64,000 nucleotides of DNA from Deltaproteobacteria bacterium (GCA_026986785.1 JALSNW010000043.1:9653-73652), one strand, 5' to 3'; numbered from the stretch's first letter, positions 27,709 through 37,033 are shown. A program made the numbers and translations. Notes: generated by a model not told the origin, from the letters alone.

Positions 27709-28089
27709 ATGGCCATCGATTATAATATGACCGTAATGATTGTAGATGACTTCGCTACCATGCGAAGAATTGTCAAAAATATCCTTACTCAACTTGGTTT
27801 CAAGAACTTCGTGGAGGCGGATGATGGATCAGTAGCATGGGAGATGCTCCAAAAACAGCCAGTGGATTTCATAGTTTCCGACTGGAATATGCCAAAGATG
27901 ACTGGTATAGAACTCCTCAAGAAGGTACGTGCCGATGAAAAGCTCAAGGACACCCCATTCCTTATGGTAACCGCTGAGGCCCAGAAGGAAAATATCATTG
28001 AGGCGGTCAAGGCCAGGGTAAGCAATTATATTGTCAAGCCCTTTACCCCAGAAACCCTGGGCGAAAAAATAGACAAGATCTTCAATTAA
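27709..28089 (+). CDS. cheY: Chemotaxis response regulator CheY
   Basis: 126-aa stand-alone receiver domain: MIVDDFATMRR, phospho-acceptor context SDWNMPKMTG, and YIVKPF. Confidence 0.85.
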   Translation: MAIDYNMTVMIVDDFATMRRIVKNILTQLGFKNFVEADDGSVAWEMLQKQPVDFIVSDWNMPKMTGIELLKKVRADEKLKDTPFLMVTAEAQKENIIEAVKARVSNYIVKPFTPETLGEKIDKIFN

Positions 28090-28100
28090 GATTGTGAAAA

Positions 28101-29255
28101 ATGGGTGAGCCGGCCGTTGACAAAAACACATCTGTCTCTGAAGCCCTGGAAGAAATAAATCAACAGATGGAAGATCTAAATACCAACTCAAAACAAGAAG
28201 AAAATCAGGCCAGCGAACCCTCCAGTGAATCTGACACCAATGAGCAGGAGCTGAATCTAAGCGCAGAGGAGCCGCCTGACTTTGAAGATATTGAAAAATT
28301 GATAGACTCAAAGGATGAAACCGATGGAGGAGACCAGAAAGAAGAGGTCTCTGAACCCGAGACTGTACCAAAGGACGAAGGCCAAGACGATACCCTCTCC
28401 AGCGATGACGAAGCACATATAGACATAACCGATGACGAACTGTGGGAAGACGACGATGTAGAAGAAATCCCCTTGTTCGAAGAAGAATTCCTGGAACAGG
28501 AACTCGAAGGCGACAACAAGAAAGAGGGCACTCCAGATGCCGATATATCTGAACCGAGTTCCCAACAAGAAGGTGGCGAGGATCCATCTGCCAGCACAGA
28601 TCCAGAGATAGAGAAATCTACAGGAAAAAAGCAGGCTACGACACAAGACGATATACAAGATGAAACAATAGCCCCCTCTGTAAAGACAGATCTGGAAGAA
28701 CAGGCTTCAAACGACCCAACGGGAAAAAGCATTGTATCTGAAAAGGTCCCTGGCAAGTTCATTGGTGTCTTGCCCTGGATAATATCAGCCGTCTCTGGCA
28801 TCCTTTGCGTATTGGCCATTGTCACGCTCTTGTTGATATCCTCAGGCCCTGCCGTACAAGGAGAGAATCCTGAAAGGCCTGTCACCAAACAAGCCATCAA
28901 GAAGGCCGTACAGAAAAACATTCCATCCCTGGCTCATGGACCAGTAAGGGGCACGGTCCAGGCAATCGACCTGGCCCCTTTTCTCATACCAGCTCAAAAT
29001 GCAGGTGAGCTCGTCTTCTTCAAGTTGAAAGTGGAGCTGATCGTACCCAATGCCACAACAAAGCAGGAACTTCTCAAGAGAGAGGCCTGGGTACGGGACA
29101 TAATCTATCAAGAACTCAAGGGGATAAATATATCAGGGGGCATAAGAGGAGATATACTCAACCATTATCGTCGCCCCATATTAAACCGACTAAACAAGGA
29201 GATGGCGCCATTACGAATAGAAGACGTGAGACTCATGGGCTTTCTTCTTCGATAA
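28101..29255 (+). CDS. FliL-domain membrane protein with a ~215-aa highly acidic cytoplasmic N-terminal tail
   Basis: By hand count, about 72 of the first ~219 residues are D or E. One TM follows (FIGVLPWIISAVSGILCVLAIVTLLLISS). The C-terminus follows the FliL pattern (DLAPFLIP...GELVFFKLKVELIV...REAWVRDIIYQEL...IEDVRLMGFLL). Confidence 0.6.
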   Translation: MGEPAVDKNTSVSEALEEINQQMEDLNTNSKQEENQASEPSSESDTNEQELNLSAEEPPDFEDIEKLIDSKDETDGGDQKEEVSEPETVPKDEGQDDTLSSDDEAHIDITDDELWEDDDVEEIPLFEEEFLEQELEGDNKKEGTPDADISEPSSQQEGGEDPSASTDPEIEKSTGKKQATTQDDIQDETIAPSVKTDLEEQASNDPTGKSIVSEKVPGKFIGVLPWIISAVSGILCVLAIVTLLLISSGPAVQGENPERPVTKQAIKKAVQKNIPSLAHGPVRGTVQAIDLAPFLIPAQNAGELVFFKLKVELIVPNATTKQELLKREAWVRDIIYQELKGINISGGIRGDILNHYRRPILNRLNKEMAPLRIEDVRLMGFLLR

Positions 29256-29276
29256 AAAGGAGCGATATAGACAGAC

Positions 29277-29537
29277 ATGCCTGGCGATTCTGTAAACGAG
29301 GTATATCCATTGAGCCAGCTCCGGCCCATCACCCCCCATCCATCTGATGTACGGCAAGAACGAAAAAGACAAAGGAAAAAAGACGGCAAAAAAGAAAAGC
29401 GGAAAAAAAATGCCCCCCACAAAGACCGGGTAAGCCTTGGAAAGGGCCACTCTGACAAACAAACCCTACCCAAGAAACCAGCCAAAGGGCCACCCAAGAA
29501 TGAAAAAAAGAAAAGGGGTATAGACATCAAGATCTAA
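29277..29537 (+). CDS. Small polybasic protein (hypothetical)
   Basis: 86 aa, of which 27 are K or R by hand count (RQERKRQRKKDGKKEKRKKN...). It is same-strand and 21 nt downstream of the FliL-like gene. Whether it is coding is uncertain, and its 3' end overlaps the convergent DUF72 gene by 11 nt. Confidence 0.4.
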   Translation: MPGDSVNEVYPLSQLRPITPHPSDVRQERKRQRKKDGKKEKRKKNAPHKDRVSLGKGHSDKQTLPKKPAKGPPKNEKKKRGIDIKI

Positions 29538-30297
29538 ACCCTGCTACCCCCTCCTCTTCAAGCATCTGTAAAAAAATCAAGGCATCCTTTGCCGCACTCC
29601 CGTCATCGGTATTATCAAAATATACAAAGGCCTCCCTTTCTGATGCCCTTACCAGATCCACCCATTTTTGAAGCCCTTGCCTGCCGTACAGGCCCCTGTA
29701 GAGCTGACTGTGTCCATGAAGCCTGATATAGGTAAAATCAGCAGTGAAGGTCTCAAGCATGGGATATCTACCTGCCAACTCGCTAATCGTCCAGGCAATG
29801 TTCCTATCCTTTAACCTTTCGAGCATCCTATCGGAAAACCATGAACTGTGCCTGGCCTCCAATGCGATCTTCACATGCCTGGGAAGTAGATCCAAAAATT
29901 TCAGAAAGACTTGCTCATTGTATTTCAGGCCAGGGGGGAGCTGAAAAAGTACAGCGCCGAGCTTTTCTCCAAGGAGACTCACCTTGTCAAAAAACATATC
30001 AATCGACGCCCTTTCCACATCCAACCGCCTGATATGGGTTATGAACCGCGAGGCCTTTACCGACCACAAAAAGTCCTCTGGTGTTCGGCTATACCAGCCC
30101 CTCCAGGTCTTTTCAGGAAAGCTCCTATAGAAAGATGCATTCAGTTCCACCGTATCAAAAAACTTGGCATAGGTCTCAAGATACCTGCGTTTTGGTGTAC
30201 CTGGTTCATAAATGGTACCGATGAAACTTTCATAGTTCCATCCACTTGTACCAACATGAACGGGATGAAAATTATTGACATGCTCTGTCTTTTCCAT
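29527..30297 (-). CDS. DUF72 (YecE-like) domain protein
   Basis: Family-typical N-terminus HVGTSGWNYESF...YLETYAKFFDTVELNASFYR...FLWSVKASRFITH. Confidence 0.85.
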   Translation of the reverse strand: MEKTEHVNNFHPVHVGTSGWNYESFIGTIYEPGTPKRRYLETYAKFFDTVELNASFYRSFPEKTWRGWYSRTPEDFLWSVKASRFITHIRRLDVERASIDMFFDKVSLLGEKLGAVLFQLPPGLKYNEQVFLKFLDLLPRHVKIALEARHSSWFSDRMLERLKDRNIAWTISELAGRYPMLETFTADFTYIRLHGHSQLYRGLYGRQGLQKWVDLVRASEREAFVYFDNTDDGSAAKDALIFLQMLEEEGVAGFRS

Positions 30298-30322
30298 GGG
30301 GCTTGGGCAATGCTGAAGAGCT

Positions 30323-33172
30323 CTATTCCAGGAATTCCTCTAAGACCAACTTGACCCTCTGATATTCTCGAACGATATCGGCAAACAATCCTTTGGCGCC
30401 ATTCATCCTACCGCTCCTGGCCATCTTTTCCATTTTGAGGCAAAGGCTACTCAGAGTCGTGGCACCCATGAAACCGCTACTACCCTTGAGAGAATGGGAG
30501 TTGAACCGCAACTTTTCAGGGTCTTCTTCAGATACTGCCTGTTCCATCCCATCTATATATTCCTGGCTGTTGTGCAAAAATTTGACAACCGACTTGGCAA
30601 AGAACTTTCTGCCCGAATGCCTTTCCAGCATCCTCAACTCCTCAATGACACTGAGATCTATCGGCCCCTTGGACTGCCCTTCTTTGCCTTCTGATTTCTC
30701 GCCCGAAGGCCCTTCAGAAACATCATCATTTCGACCCTGCTTGGAGGATTCGAAATAGTGCTGCCACTTCCTCAGCTTATCTGCCAGTTCCTCTATCTTG
30801 AAGGGCTTTGCAATATAGTCGTCCATGCCAGATGCAATACACTTCTTTCTGTCCCCCTCCATGGCATAGGCCGTAAGGGCTATCACTGGGATACGTCTAC
30901 CGTCTGCCCTTTCCTCCTCCATCTTTCTATATCTTCTCGTTGTCTCATAACCATCGAGGACAGGCATCTGGCAGTCCATGAGGATGATATCAAACTCCTT
31001 TTCTTTGAGGACATCCAAGGCCTCGCTGCCATTTTCGGCAAGTACGGCATCGCAGCCCAGGGTTGAAAGCACAGTCATACAAAGCTCCTGGTTAACAGGA
31101 TTGTCCTCTACAAGAAGTACCTTCATGCCTTTTAGTTGACCCCCGGCCTTGCTCCATCTCTTTCCTGCCTCAACTGGCCTCTTCTCATCCTTTCTCTTTT
31201 TATCATGCGAGGAAAGCGCCTTTATGAGGGATTCGTTCATGGAGGCCTTCTTCAAGATTACCACGCTGTCTCCAAAATCCCTGCGGGCAACATTCACATC
31301 CTTGACAAGGACCATTACTGAGACGTTTTCATGCCTTTCCAAAATATCCTGAAGTCCTATGACGTTCTCCCCCCTTTTCATCTCGGATCTGACGCAGTCT
31401 TCATCCAATATCAACCAGAGGCCTTTTGCCCTATGCATCTGTTCAGAAAGGATACTTTCTGCCTCTGAGAATGAATCTGTAAAAAAGTGTTCCCCTGGGC
31501 TACTGCCCAGGATGGCTGCAATTGCCTCTTTCAAAAAGGAATTGGCAGTGACTGTTATTACGGTTGGACATGGAGTTGTCTCTGTCTCCTTGACGATCTT
31601 ACTACCTGGTGCCTCCTCAAATTCCAATACATAGCTGAAACGGGACCCCTTGCCCGGTTGACTTTCGACCATGATTTCACCACCGAGCTTCTGGACCAGG
31701 CCCTTAACGATGGCCAAACCGAGCCCTGTACCATCGTAGGATTTCGATGCAGATTCATCACCTTGAGAAAAGGCATCAAAAATATTCTTGAGCCTCTCTT
31801 TTTCGATCCCTATTCCCTTGTCTTCGACCTCCAATAAGACCCTTATGCTCTGACCGTCTCTGGCGACCTTTTTCATCCTCAAGATCACATCGTTGCCATT
31901 CGAAAACTTGACAGCATTACCAATGAGATTGATAAGGATCTCCTTTATCTTGTCCTCATCTCCAACAATTGGCACTGGGATCGAATGATCATAACTGAAA
32001 TATATACAGATACCCTTTTTGTCTGCCTCCACAGAAAGTAACTGCACAACCTCAAGGCCTGCCTCTTTCAGGGAAAAATCCGTCTTCCTGACTGTAATCT
32101 TACCGGCCTCCAGGGTCGACAACTCAAGGATGTCATTGATGATGTTTAAGAGTATCTGGCCCGACTTCAATATCCCCTGGATGAATGGCAGCTGCTCTGG
32201 GCTGGGATTTGCCTGGAGCAGTAATTCCGCCATGCCAATCACGCCATTCATGGGGGTCCTGATTTCATGACTCATATTGGCCAAAAACTGGCTCTTGACC
32301 ATTGATGCCCTTTCTGCCTCTTCCTTTGCCTTCTTGTATTTAGCAACAAGGCGTTCAAGTTCGAGATTGGCCCGGGACAGCTCCTCCGTCCTTTCCTTCA
32401 CCCTTTTTTCGAGCTGTTCTCCGTGGGTCCTCAACAGATCGTCCCTACTCTGGATCTTTTCCAGCATCATATTGAAATGAGCCATGAGATCACCGAGTTC
32501 ATCATCGCTGGTCTTTTCCACCCTGAGGGAATAATCTTTTTCATCCGAGATCCTTTTCATGGAAGAAACCAATTGCTGTATGGGCTGGACCAATTTGGTG
32601 CTTACGTATTTCGATATGAACATGGACAAGCCCACGAGAAAAAGCCACATGAAAAAAGACATTATGACCGTGGATATAAATGCGTGGAAGAAACCAGAAA
32701 GATCCTGTCTCAGCCATATAAGACCTATCCTTTCTCCCCGAAAGATCACGGGCTCGAACGTATCCATGAACCGCTGAAAGTAAACCGCAATGCCCGTATC
32801 TTCAGGCAAGGAGTCATCTTTTGCGCCAATAAAGGCCTTGATGTGCTCTATTGATGGTGTGAGATCGGCAGAATAGGGCCTTAGACAGGCCAACACGTCA
32901 CCTTTTGAATTAAAGATACAGGCCTGAGCGATCTCTTCGACGGATCTCAGGGCCGAAAGGGAATCCTTGGCAGCCTCTTTATCGTCGAAAAATATTGCGG
33001 CCGCGCTATTCGAACCAACTGTCCTGGCCAGGACAGAGGCCTGAAGTCTCTGTTGGGCATGGCCAGAGACAAAAAGATATCCCAGGAAAAAAAAGGTTGC
33101 CCCTGCAAGGACCACAGAAGCGATCAGGGTCATATAGAGCATCAGCTTGAATCGGATAGAAAAGGGTTTCAT
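30323..33172 (-). CDS. Hybrid (unorthodox) sensor histidine kinase: TM, periplasmic CHASE8-like domain, TM, HAMP, HisKA, HATPase, pseudo-REC, REC, Hpt
   Basis: H-box [18 protein letters not shown] (His302), G-box [16 protein letters not shown] domain [12 protein letters not shown]...[14 protein letters not shown]...YIAKPF, and Hpt motif [15 protein letters not shown]. The N-terminal ~125-aa extracytoplasmic domain lies between two TM segments. Confidence 0.9.
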   Translation of the reverse strand: MKPFSIRFKLMLYMTLIASVVLAGATFFFLGYLFVSGHAQQRLQASVLARTVGSNSAAAIFFDDKEAAKDSLSALRSVEEIAQACIFNSKGDVLACLRPYSADLTPSIEHIKAFIGAKDDSLPEDTGIAVYFQRFMDTFEPVIFRGERIGLIWLRQDLSGFFHAFISTVIMSFFMWLFLVGLSMFISKYVSTKLVQPIQQLVSSMKRISDEKDYSLRVEKTSDDELGDLMAHFNMMLEKIQSRDDLLRTHGEQLEKRVKERTEELSRANLELERLVAKYKKAKEEAERASMVKSQFLANMSHEIRTPMNGVIGMAELLLQANPSPEQLPFIQGILKSGQILLNIINDILELSTLEAGKITVRKTDFSLKEAGLEVVQLLSVEADKKGICIYFSYDHSIPVPIVGDEDKIKEILINLIGNAVKFSNGNDVILRMKKVARDGQSIRVLLEVEDKGIGIEKERLKNIFDAFSQGDESASKSYDGTGLGLAIVKGLVQKLGGEIMVESQPGKGSRFSYVLEFEEAPGSKIVKETETTPCPTVITVTANSFLKEAIAAILGSSPGEHFFTDSFSEAESILSEQMHRAKGLWLILDEDCVRSEMKRGENVIGLQDILERHENVSVMVLVKDVNVARRDFGDSVVILKKASMNESLIKALSSHDKKRKDEKRPVEAGKRWSKAGGQLKGMKVLLVEDNPVNQELCMTVLSTLGCDAVLAENGSEALDVLKEKEFDIILMDCQMPVLDGYETTRRYRKMEEERADGRRIPVIALTAYAMEGDRKKCIASGMDDYIAKPFKIEELADKLRKWQHYFESSKQGRNDDVSEGPSGEKSEGKEGQSKGPIDLSVIEELRMLERHSGRKFFAKSVVKFLHNSQEYIDGMEQAVSEEDPEKLRFNSHSLKGSSGFMGATTLSSLCLKMEKMARSGRMNGAKGLFADIVREYQRVKLVLEEFLE

Positions 33173-33768
33173 TTGATCACACGCTTTGCAAGCTTCAGCA
33201 GCCTGCTGCTGATCTTCAGCTTACTGCCCTTAATGTTTCGCAGGCTTATAGCAAATCTTATTTTGTCTTCTTCCTTATACAGGGCGATAATCACGCCTTT
33301 TTCCAGGGAATCCATGCCTTCCGCAACGGTTAGAACATCTTTTTTGGCCAATGCCCTCAGGGTCTTCTCATCAAAAGGTTGATCCCTTGAAATCACCAAG
33401 ACATTCACATTATCTATATCGCACCTACCTGAGATATGTTTAATTTCTATGAATCTATCCTGGCTCTTTCTCCCCTCCAACTTCTTGATGGCAGTCATCA
33501 TGGAGTCATCTCCCCAATAACCAATAACCAGTTTATCAGCTGGTCCTGAAGGATCCGGCCACTGCACGAACTTGGTAAAATTATAGATGAAGGCTGCCTT
33601 TACATCCTCTTCCAGGTGTATGGGCTTTTCTGCTGACACGGATTGGATTGTGACAAAAACAGGTAAAAGGGGAAATAACACTCCCCACAAAACGGCCTTA
33701 GGCCACCTAAAAAGCAGTAAGACCATTGAAATATGTATGGTTTGATCTTTTGTCTTCAAAATTTCCAA
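33169..33768 (-). CDS. YfiR-family (DUF4154) periplasmic protein
   Basis: Signal/TM segment followed by [16 protein letters not shown]...VLVISRD...[19 protein letters not shown]...[25 protein letters not shown]. This fits the DUF4154/YfiR pattern as I recall it. It has an ATGA overlap with the kinase gene. Confidence 0.7.
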   Translation of the reverse strand: MEILKTKDQTIHISMVLLLFRWPKAVLWGVLFPLLPVFVTIQSVSAEKPIHLEEDVKAAFIYNFTKFVQWPDPSGPADKLVIGYWGDDSMMTAIKKLEGRKSQDRFIEIKHISGRCDIDNVNVLVISRDQPFDEKTLRALAKKDVLTVAEGMDSLEKGVIIALYKEEDKIRFAISLRNIKGSKLKISSRLLKLAKRVIK

Positions 33769-35816
33769 GTCACCTTGCCATAAACTGAACGAGGAATCTC
33801 AGTGGAAATCAATTGGAGAAACCTGTCACGGAATTCCGGATGGTATGGGTCCAAAAGATCCTTCCCTACCACGGAAAACTCGAGGTTCTCAAGGGGACAC
33901 CAACCCAACCTCACGTCTAGGCCTGTATAGGCAGGTATGTCAAGCCGACCGAGACTCGATACGTATCTCAACCAGATATCCAGTTCCAATTCCCTGTTGA
34001 TATTCATGTTGGAGCGCACAGAAAACTGATGTTCCGGTGCCTCCATATCTTTGGCAACGACTCCAGTATAGGCCCTGCTCTTTGCATCCACCCAGTAATT
34101 GGTATTCAAATAAGAATAGGAGGCCTCTATACGCCACCAGTCCAAGGGCTTGAAGTTTCCTGTCATCTCCAGGCCGAAATTGTCTGCCTTGCCATGATTT
34201 CCAGGTACTATGGGCTTAATAGGGATATCATCCTGCTCAACAATCTCTTTAGATCTTGCAGAAAACAGGTCGTCATAGAAATATGCAAAGGCTGTTATAT
34301 CCAAAGACAGCTTCTTGCAGACACTCCACCTGTAACCCGTCTCTACAGCCCATAGCTCCTCGCTATTGAAATCTTCACTACCCGCAAACGCCAGAATAGC
34401 AGGCCTGGATCTCCCCTTCTCCCGTTTGGTCCCAAGGATCCATATGGCATCCCGGTTATAGCGACTCGGTATCCTGACAGCCCTCGACAGGGCAACCCAC
34501 AGATCTTGATGGGCTGTCAGGTTGTAAATCGCCCTTGCTGTTGGCTCCAACTCCATACCTGTATAGTTGTTGTGATCCAGCCGAATACCCAAGAGCAGGC
34601 GCAGCCTATTGTGAAAAAATCCTATTTCATCCTGGAGAAACAGGCTGAAAAGATCATCCTTCCTGGATCTTGGGATAAATGCCCCCACATGCCCTCCATG
34701 TGGTACTGGAATATCATCCCATGTATGCCTATAGGCCAGTCCCCAGAGCAAATCGTTGAACCCCAAGAGCTGGAAACGGTGCTGAAACTCGAAATCCAGG
34801 GTATCCCTGGACTCTGCACCCATCTCCGACAATTTTCTATCCGAATGATCGTAATAGAACTGGAAAGAAAATTCGGCCAGGCCATCCAAGGCATGGGCCC
34901 AGCGGGCCAGTATATTACCCCCTGATACAGGCAGATCTGTTTCCCAAGTCTGTCTATGAAGGAATGAATCGTCGTAACCAAGGACATGGCTCGTGCCTTC
35001 TCCACTAAAGATATCTCCCTGAACAGTAGCCGAATCCCTTGGGGAAAGATTCCAGTCAGAGTGGAAACCCGATCTGATCATGCGCCAGTCATCCCATGCA
35101 CTTACTCCCTTTTCTGTATCCTGAGGACCTCTTTCGAAGGCCTTGGCATAAAAACGAATCGCCCCTCTGTCTCCGATACCGAAACCGTACCTCACCGAAC
35201 CGAAACCCCTTTCCAGGCTACCCACGCCTCCGGCCACGAGACCTCCCTTGGTTGACCAGGCATCCTTTGTAATAATATTTATGACGCCATTTACAGCATT
35301 GGTCCCCCAACTACTCGCCCCCGGCCCCCTTATCACCTCTATCCTCTCTATATCCTCGAGCATAGTGTCCTGGGAATTCCAAAAAACACCTGAAAAAAGG
35401 GGATCGTACAGGGTTCTGCCATCCATGAGGACCAAGAGTTTGTCTGAAAATATGCCGTTAAACCCCCTGATCGAGACAGCCCAGTTGCCATTATCTATCT
35501 TGGCAACATTGACCCCTGGAACCATTCTGAGAAGCTCCGGGATCGACGTGGCCCCAGAACGCCTTATATCTTCTTGGGTTATGACAAAGACTGCTGCTGG
35601 CGTGTTCTTTATACTTTGGGGTTTCTTGAATGCAGAAGTGACCTCCAGATTCATCAATTCTTCAAGACTCATGGAAAACAGACCATCTTTTCCCTTTTCT
35701 GCTGCAAAAGCAGGCCATGGAGAAAAAAAGGGACCAAATCCAACCCATAGAAAAACCGCCAGGGTCAATACTACGACTGAGACCAGTGAATGGAATCCTT
35801 GATTTGTTTTACACAT
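33756..35816 (-). CDS. TonB-dependent outer-membrane receptor
   Basis: Signal peptide, plug domain (TPAAVFVITQEDIRRSGATSIPELLRMVPGVNV...IEVIRGPGASSWGTNAVNGVINIITK), a long beta-barrel region, and a terminal aromatic residue (VTWKF). Confidence 0.85.
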   Translation of the reverse strand: MCKTNQGFHSLVSVVVLTLAVFLWVGFGPFFSPWPAFAAEKGKDGLFSMSLEELMNLEVTSAFKKPQSIKNTPAAVFVITQEDIRRSGATSIPELLRMVPGVNVAKIDNGNWAVSIRGFNGIFSDKLLVLMDGRTLYDPLFSGVFWNSQDTMLEDIERIEVIRGPGASSWGTNAVNGVINIITKDAWSTKGGLVAGGVGSLERGFGSVRYGFGIGDRGAIRFYAKAFERGPQDTEKGVSAWDDWRMIRSGFHSDWNLSPRDSATVQGDIFSGEGTSHVLGYDDSFLHRQTWETDLPVSGGNILARWAHALDGLAEFSFQFYYDHSDRKLSEMGAESRDTLDFEFQHRFQLLGFNDLLWGLAYRHTWDDIPVPHGGHVGAFIPRSRKDDLFSLFLQDEIGFFHNRLRLLLGIRLDHNNYTGMELEPTARAIYNLTAHQDLWVALSRAVRIPSRYNRDAIWILGTKREKGRSRPAILAFAGSEDFNSEELWAVETGYRWSVCKKLSLDITAFAYFYDDLFSARSKEIVEQDDIPIKPIVPGNHGKADNFGLEMTGNFKPLDWWRIEASYSYLNTNYWVDAKSRAYTGVVAKDMEAPEHQFSVRSNMNINRELELDIWLRYVSSLGRLDIPAYTGLDVRLGWCPLENLEFSVVGKDLLDPYHPEFRDRFLQLISTEIPRSVYGKVTWKF

Positions 35817-36423
35817 ACAGGCCTCTTTCTCTTGGGGGAAAGTTTAAAAGACCAAGACACCTTGTCCTTTCTTAGGATCACAAAATATGTACCAACTGGC
35901 CATGCTAAAACGAGCCCAATATGACTTTCACGATCCGTCATCACCTGACACCAAGGACAAAGACTGTTTGCACCATGGTTTCAAAATGGAGAATTTCTTC
36001 ATATTGCACTGACCCACAGCCAACAAATGCGTATTGAACAGGCTCATCTATCCAAATTGGTTCCCCTCTGATCCAGAAAAGACAAGCTATGCTTCACGTC
36101 ATCAAAAAAGAATGGATGTCCTCCCTTTGATCCCAATTATGCACTTCAAGCACCTGGGAAGAGTAACTCCTCTAAATGATTGGAGGGTTAACATGAACTT
36201 GATCCCATTGCATCTTCATCCAAAGTGAAGTCCAATTCGTGATTAATCCTCAGGCATTCGAAGCCTCAAGGAGCTCACAAGTTTGCCGAATCTGATGTGT
36301 TGTCGGGCAGTTGAAATATCAAGATACGCCTGTGTACCATCCTCCATACATCTTCGCCAAGCTTGTGAGCTGCATGATCCAGGGTGATTGAAATGTGAAA
36401 AAACTCCCCCGATTGCTTTTTAT

Positions 36424-36451
36424 TTATCACAAGTTTTAGAAGATGTATAAT
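36424..36451 (+). promoter_or_regulatory. Candidate sigma-70 promoter for the nitroreductase operon
   Basis: TTATCA (-35, 4 of 6 matches), a 16-nt spacer, then TATAAT (-10, perfect). It lies ~75 nt upstream of the ATG at 36527. Confidence 0.35.
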
Positions 36452-36526
36452 ATAATGTAACAAAAAATAGACACTTTCGACAAACAAAAAAATCTCTTAT
36501 ATACCTATGGAGGGTCTTCTACTGCC

Positions 36527-37033
36527 ATGAATCCTGTACTCCAGGCCATTTACAATAGACGAAGTGTAAGACATTTCACCAAAGAAGCCTTAGAACCTGA
36601 GCTCATTGAAGAGGTGATAAAGGCAGGCAGTTGGGCGCCTTCAGGGCTCAATAACCAACCCTGGCGTTTTGCCGTGGTTACAGAGCACGAGCTCAAGGAT
36701 AGATTCATACCACTCACCAAGTATGGAAGGGTCATTGAGGCGGCTCCATGCCTTATTCCCGTCTTTATCGACAAGGCCGCCATGTACCATCCGGTAAAGG
36801 ATCATCAGGCCATGGGGGCCTGCATACAAAACATGCTGCTTGCTGCCCACAGTCTGGGCTTGGGCGCCGTGTGGCTTGGTGAGATATTGAAAAACGCCGA
36901 AAAGGTCAGACAGTTACTGGGGTTGCCTGAGACATTGGAGCTCATGGCAGTTGTGGCCATGGGGCATCCTGCCAGGACAGACCAAACTTCCCAGAGAAAA
37001 ACCATAGAAGAATTGATCGTATTTCAAAAATGA
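36527..37033 (+). CDS. Nitroreductase family protein
   Basis: N-terminal RRSVRHFT motif, then SWAPSGLNNQPWRF, with size and layout typical of FMN nitroreductases. Confidence 0.85.
   Translation: MNPVLQAIYNRRSVRHFTKEALEPELIEEVIKAGSWAPSGLNNQPWRFAVVTEHELKDRFIPLTKYGRVIEAAPCLIPVFIDKAAMYHPVKDHQAMGACIQNMLLAAHSLGLGAVWLGEILKNAEKVRQLLGLPETLELMAVVAMGHPARTDQTSQRKTIEELIVFQK

Noticed and set aside
27829-28921. Two long antisense ORFs, 27829-28587 (252 aa) and 28205-28921 (238 aa, Ser-rich), lie opposite cheY and the acidic FliL-like gene.
   Set aside because: They mirror the GA-rich codon bias of the sense-strand D/E-rich gene: GAA/GAT reads as TTC/ATC on the other strand, which leaves that frame free of stop codons. 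The products are low-complexity with no family resemblance. The sense strand has clear CheY and FliL homology.
35817-36100. A cobalamin or other riboswitch might lie in the leader of the TonB-dependent receptor.
   Set aside because: I read the minus-strand leader and found neither a B12-box-like element (AGYCMGGAGACCKGCC-type) nor GEMM-like motifs. An Infernal scan is still recommended.
36034-36487. Two small ORFs lie in the large intergenic gap, at 36034-36228 (plus strand, 64 aa) and 36275-36487 (minus strand, 70 aa).
   Set aside because: Neither has an SD sequence or family resemblance. The minus-strand ORF starts in an AT-rich stretch that looks like the nitroreductase promoter (TATAAT at 36446-36451).
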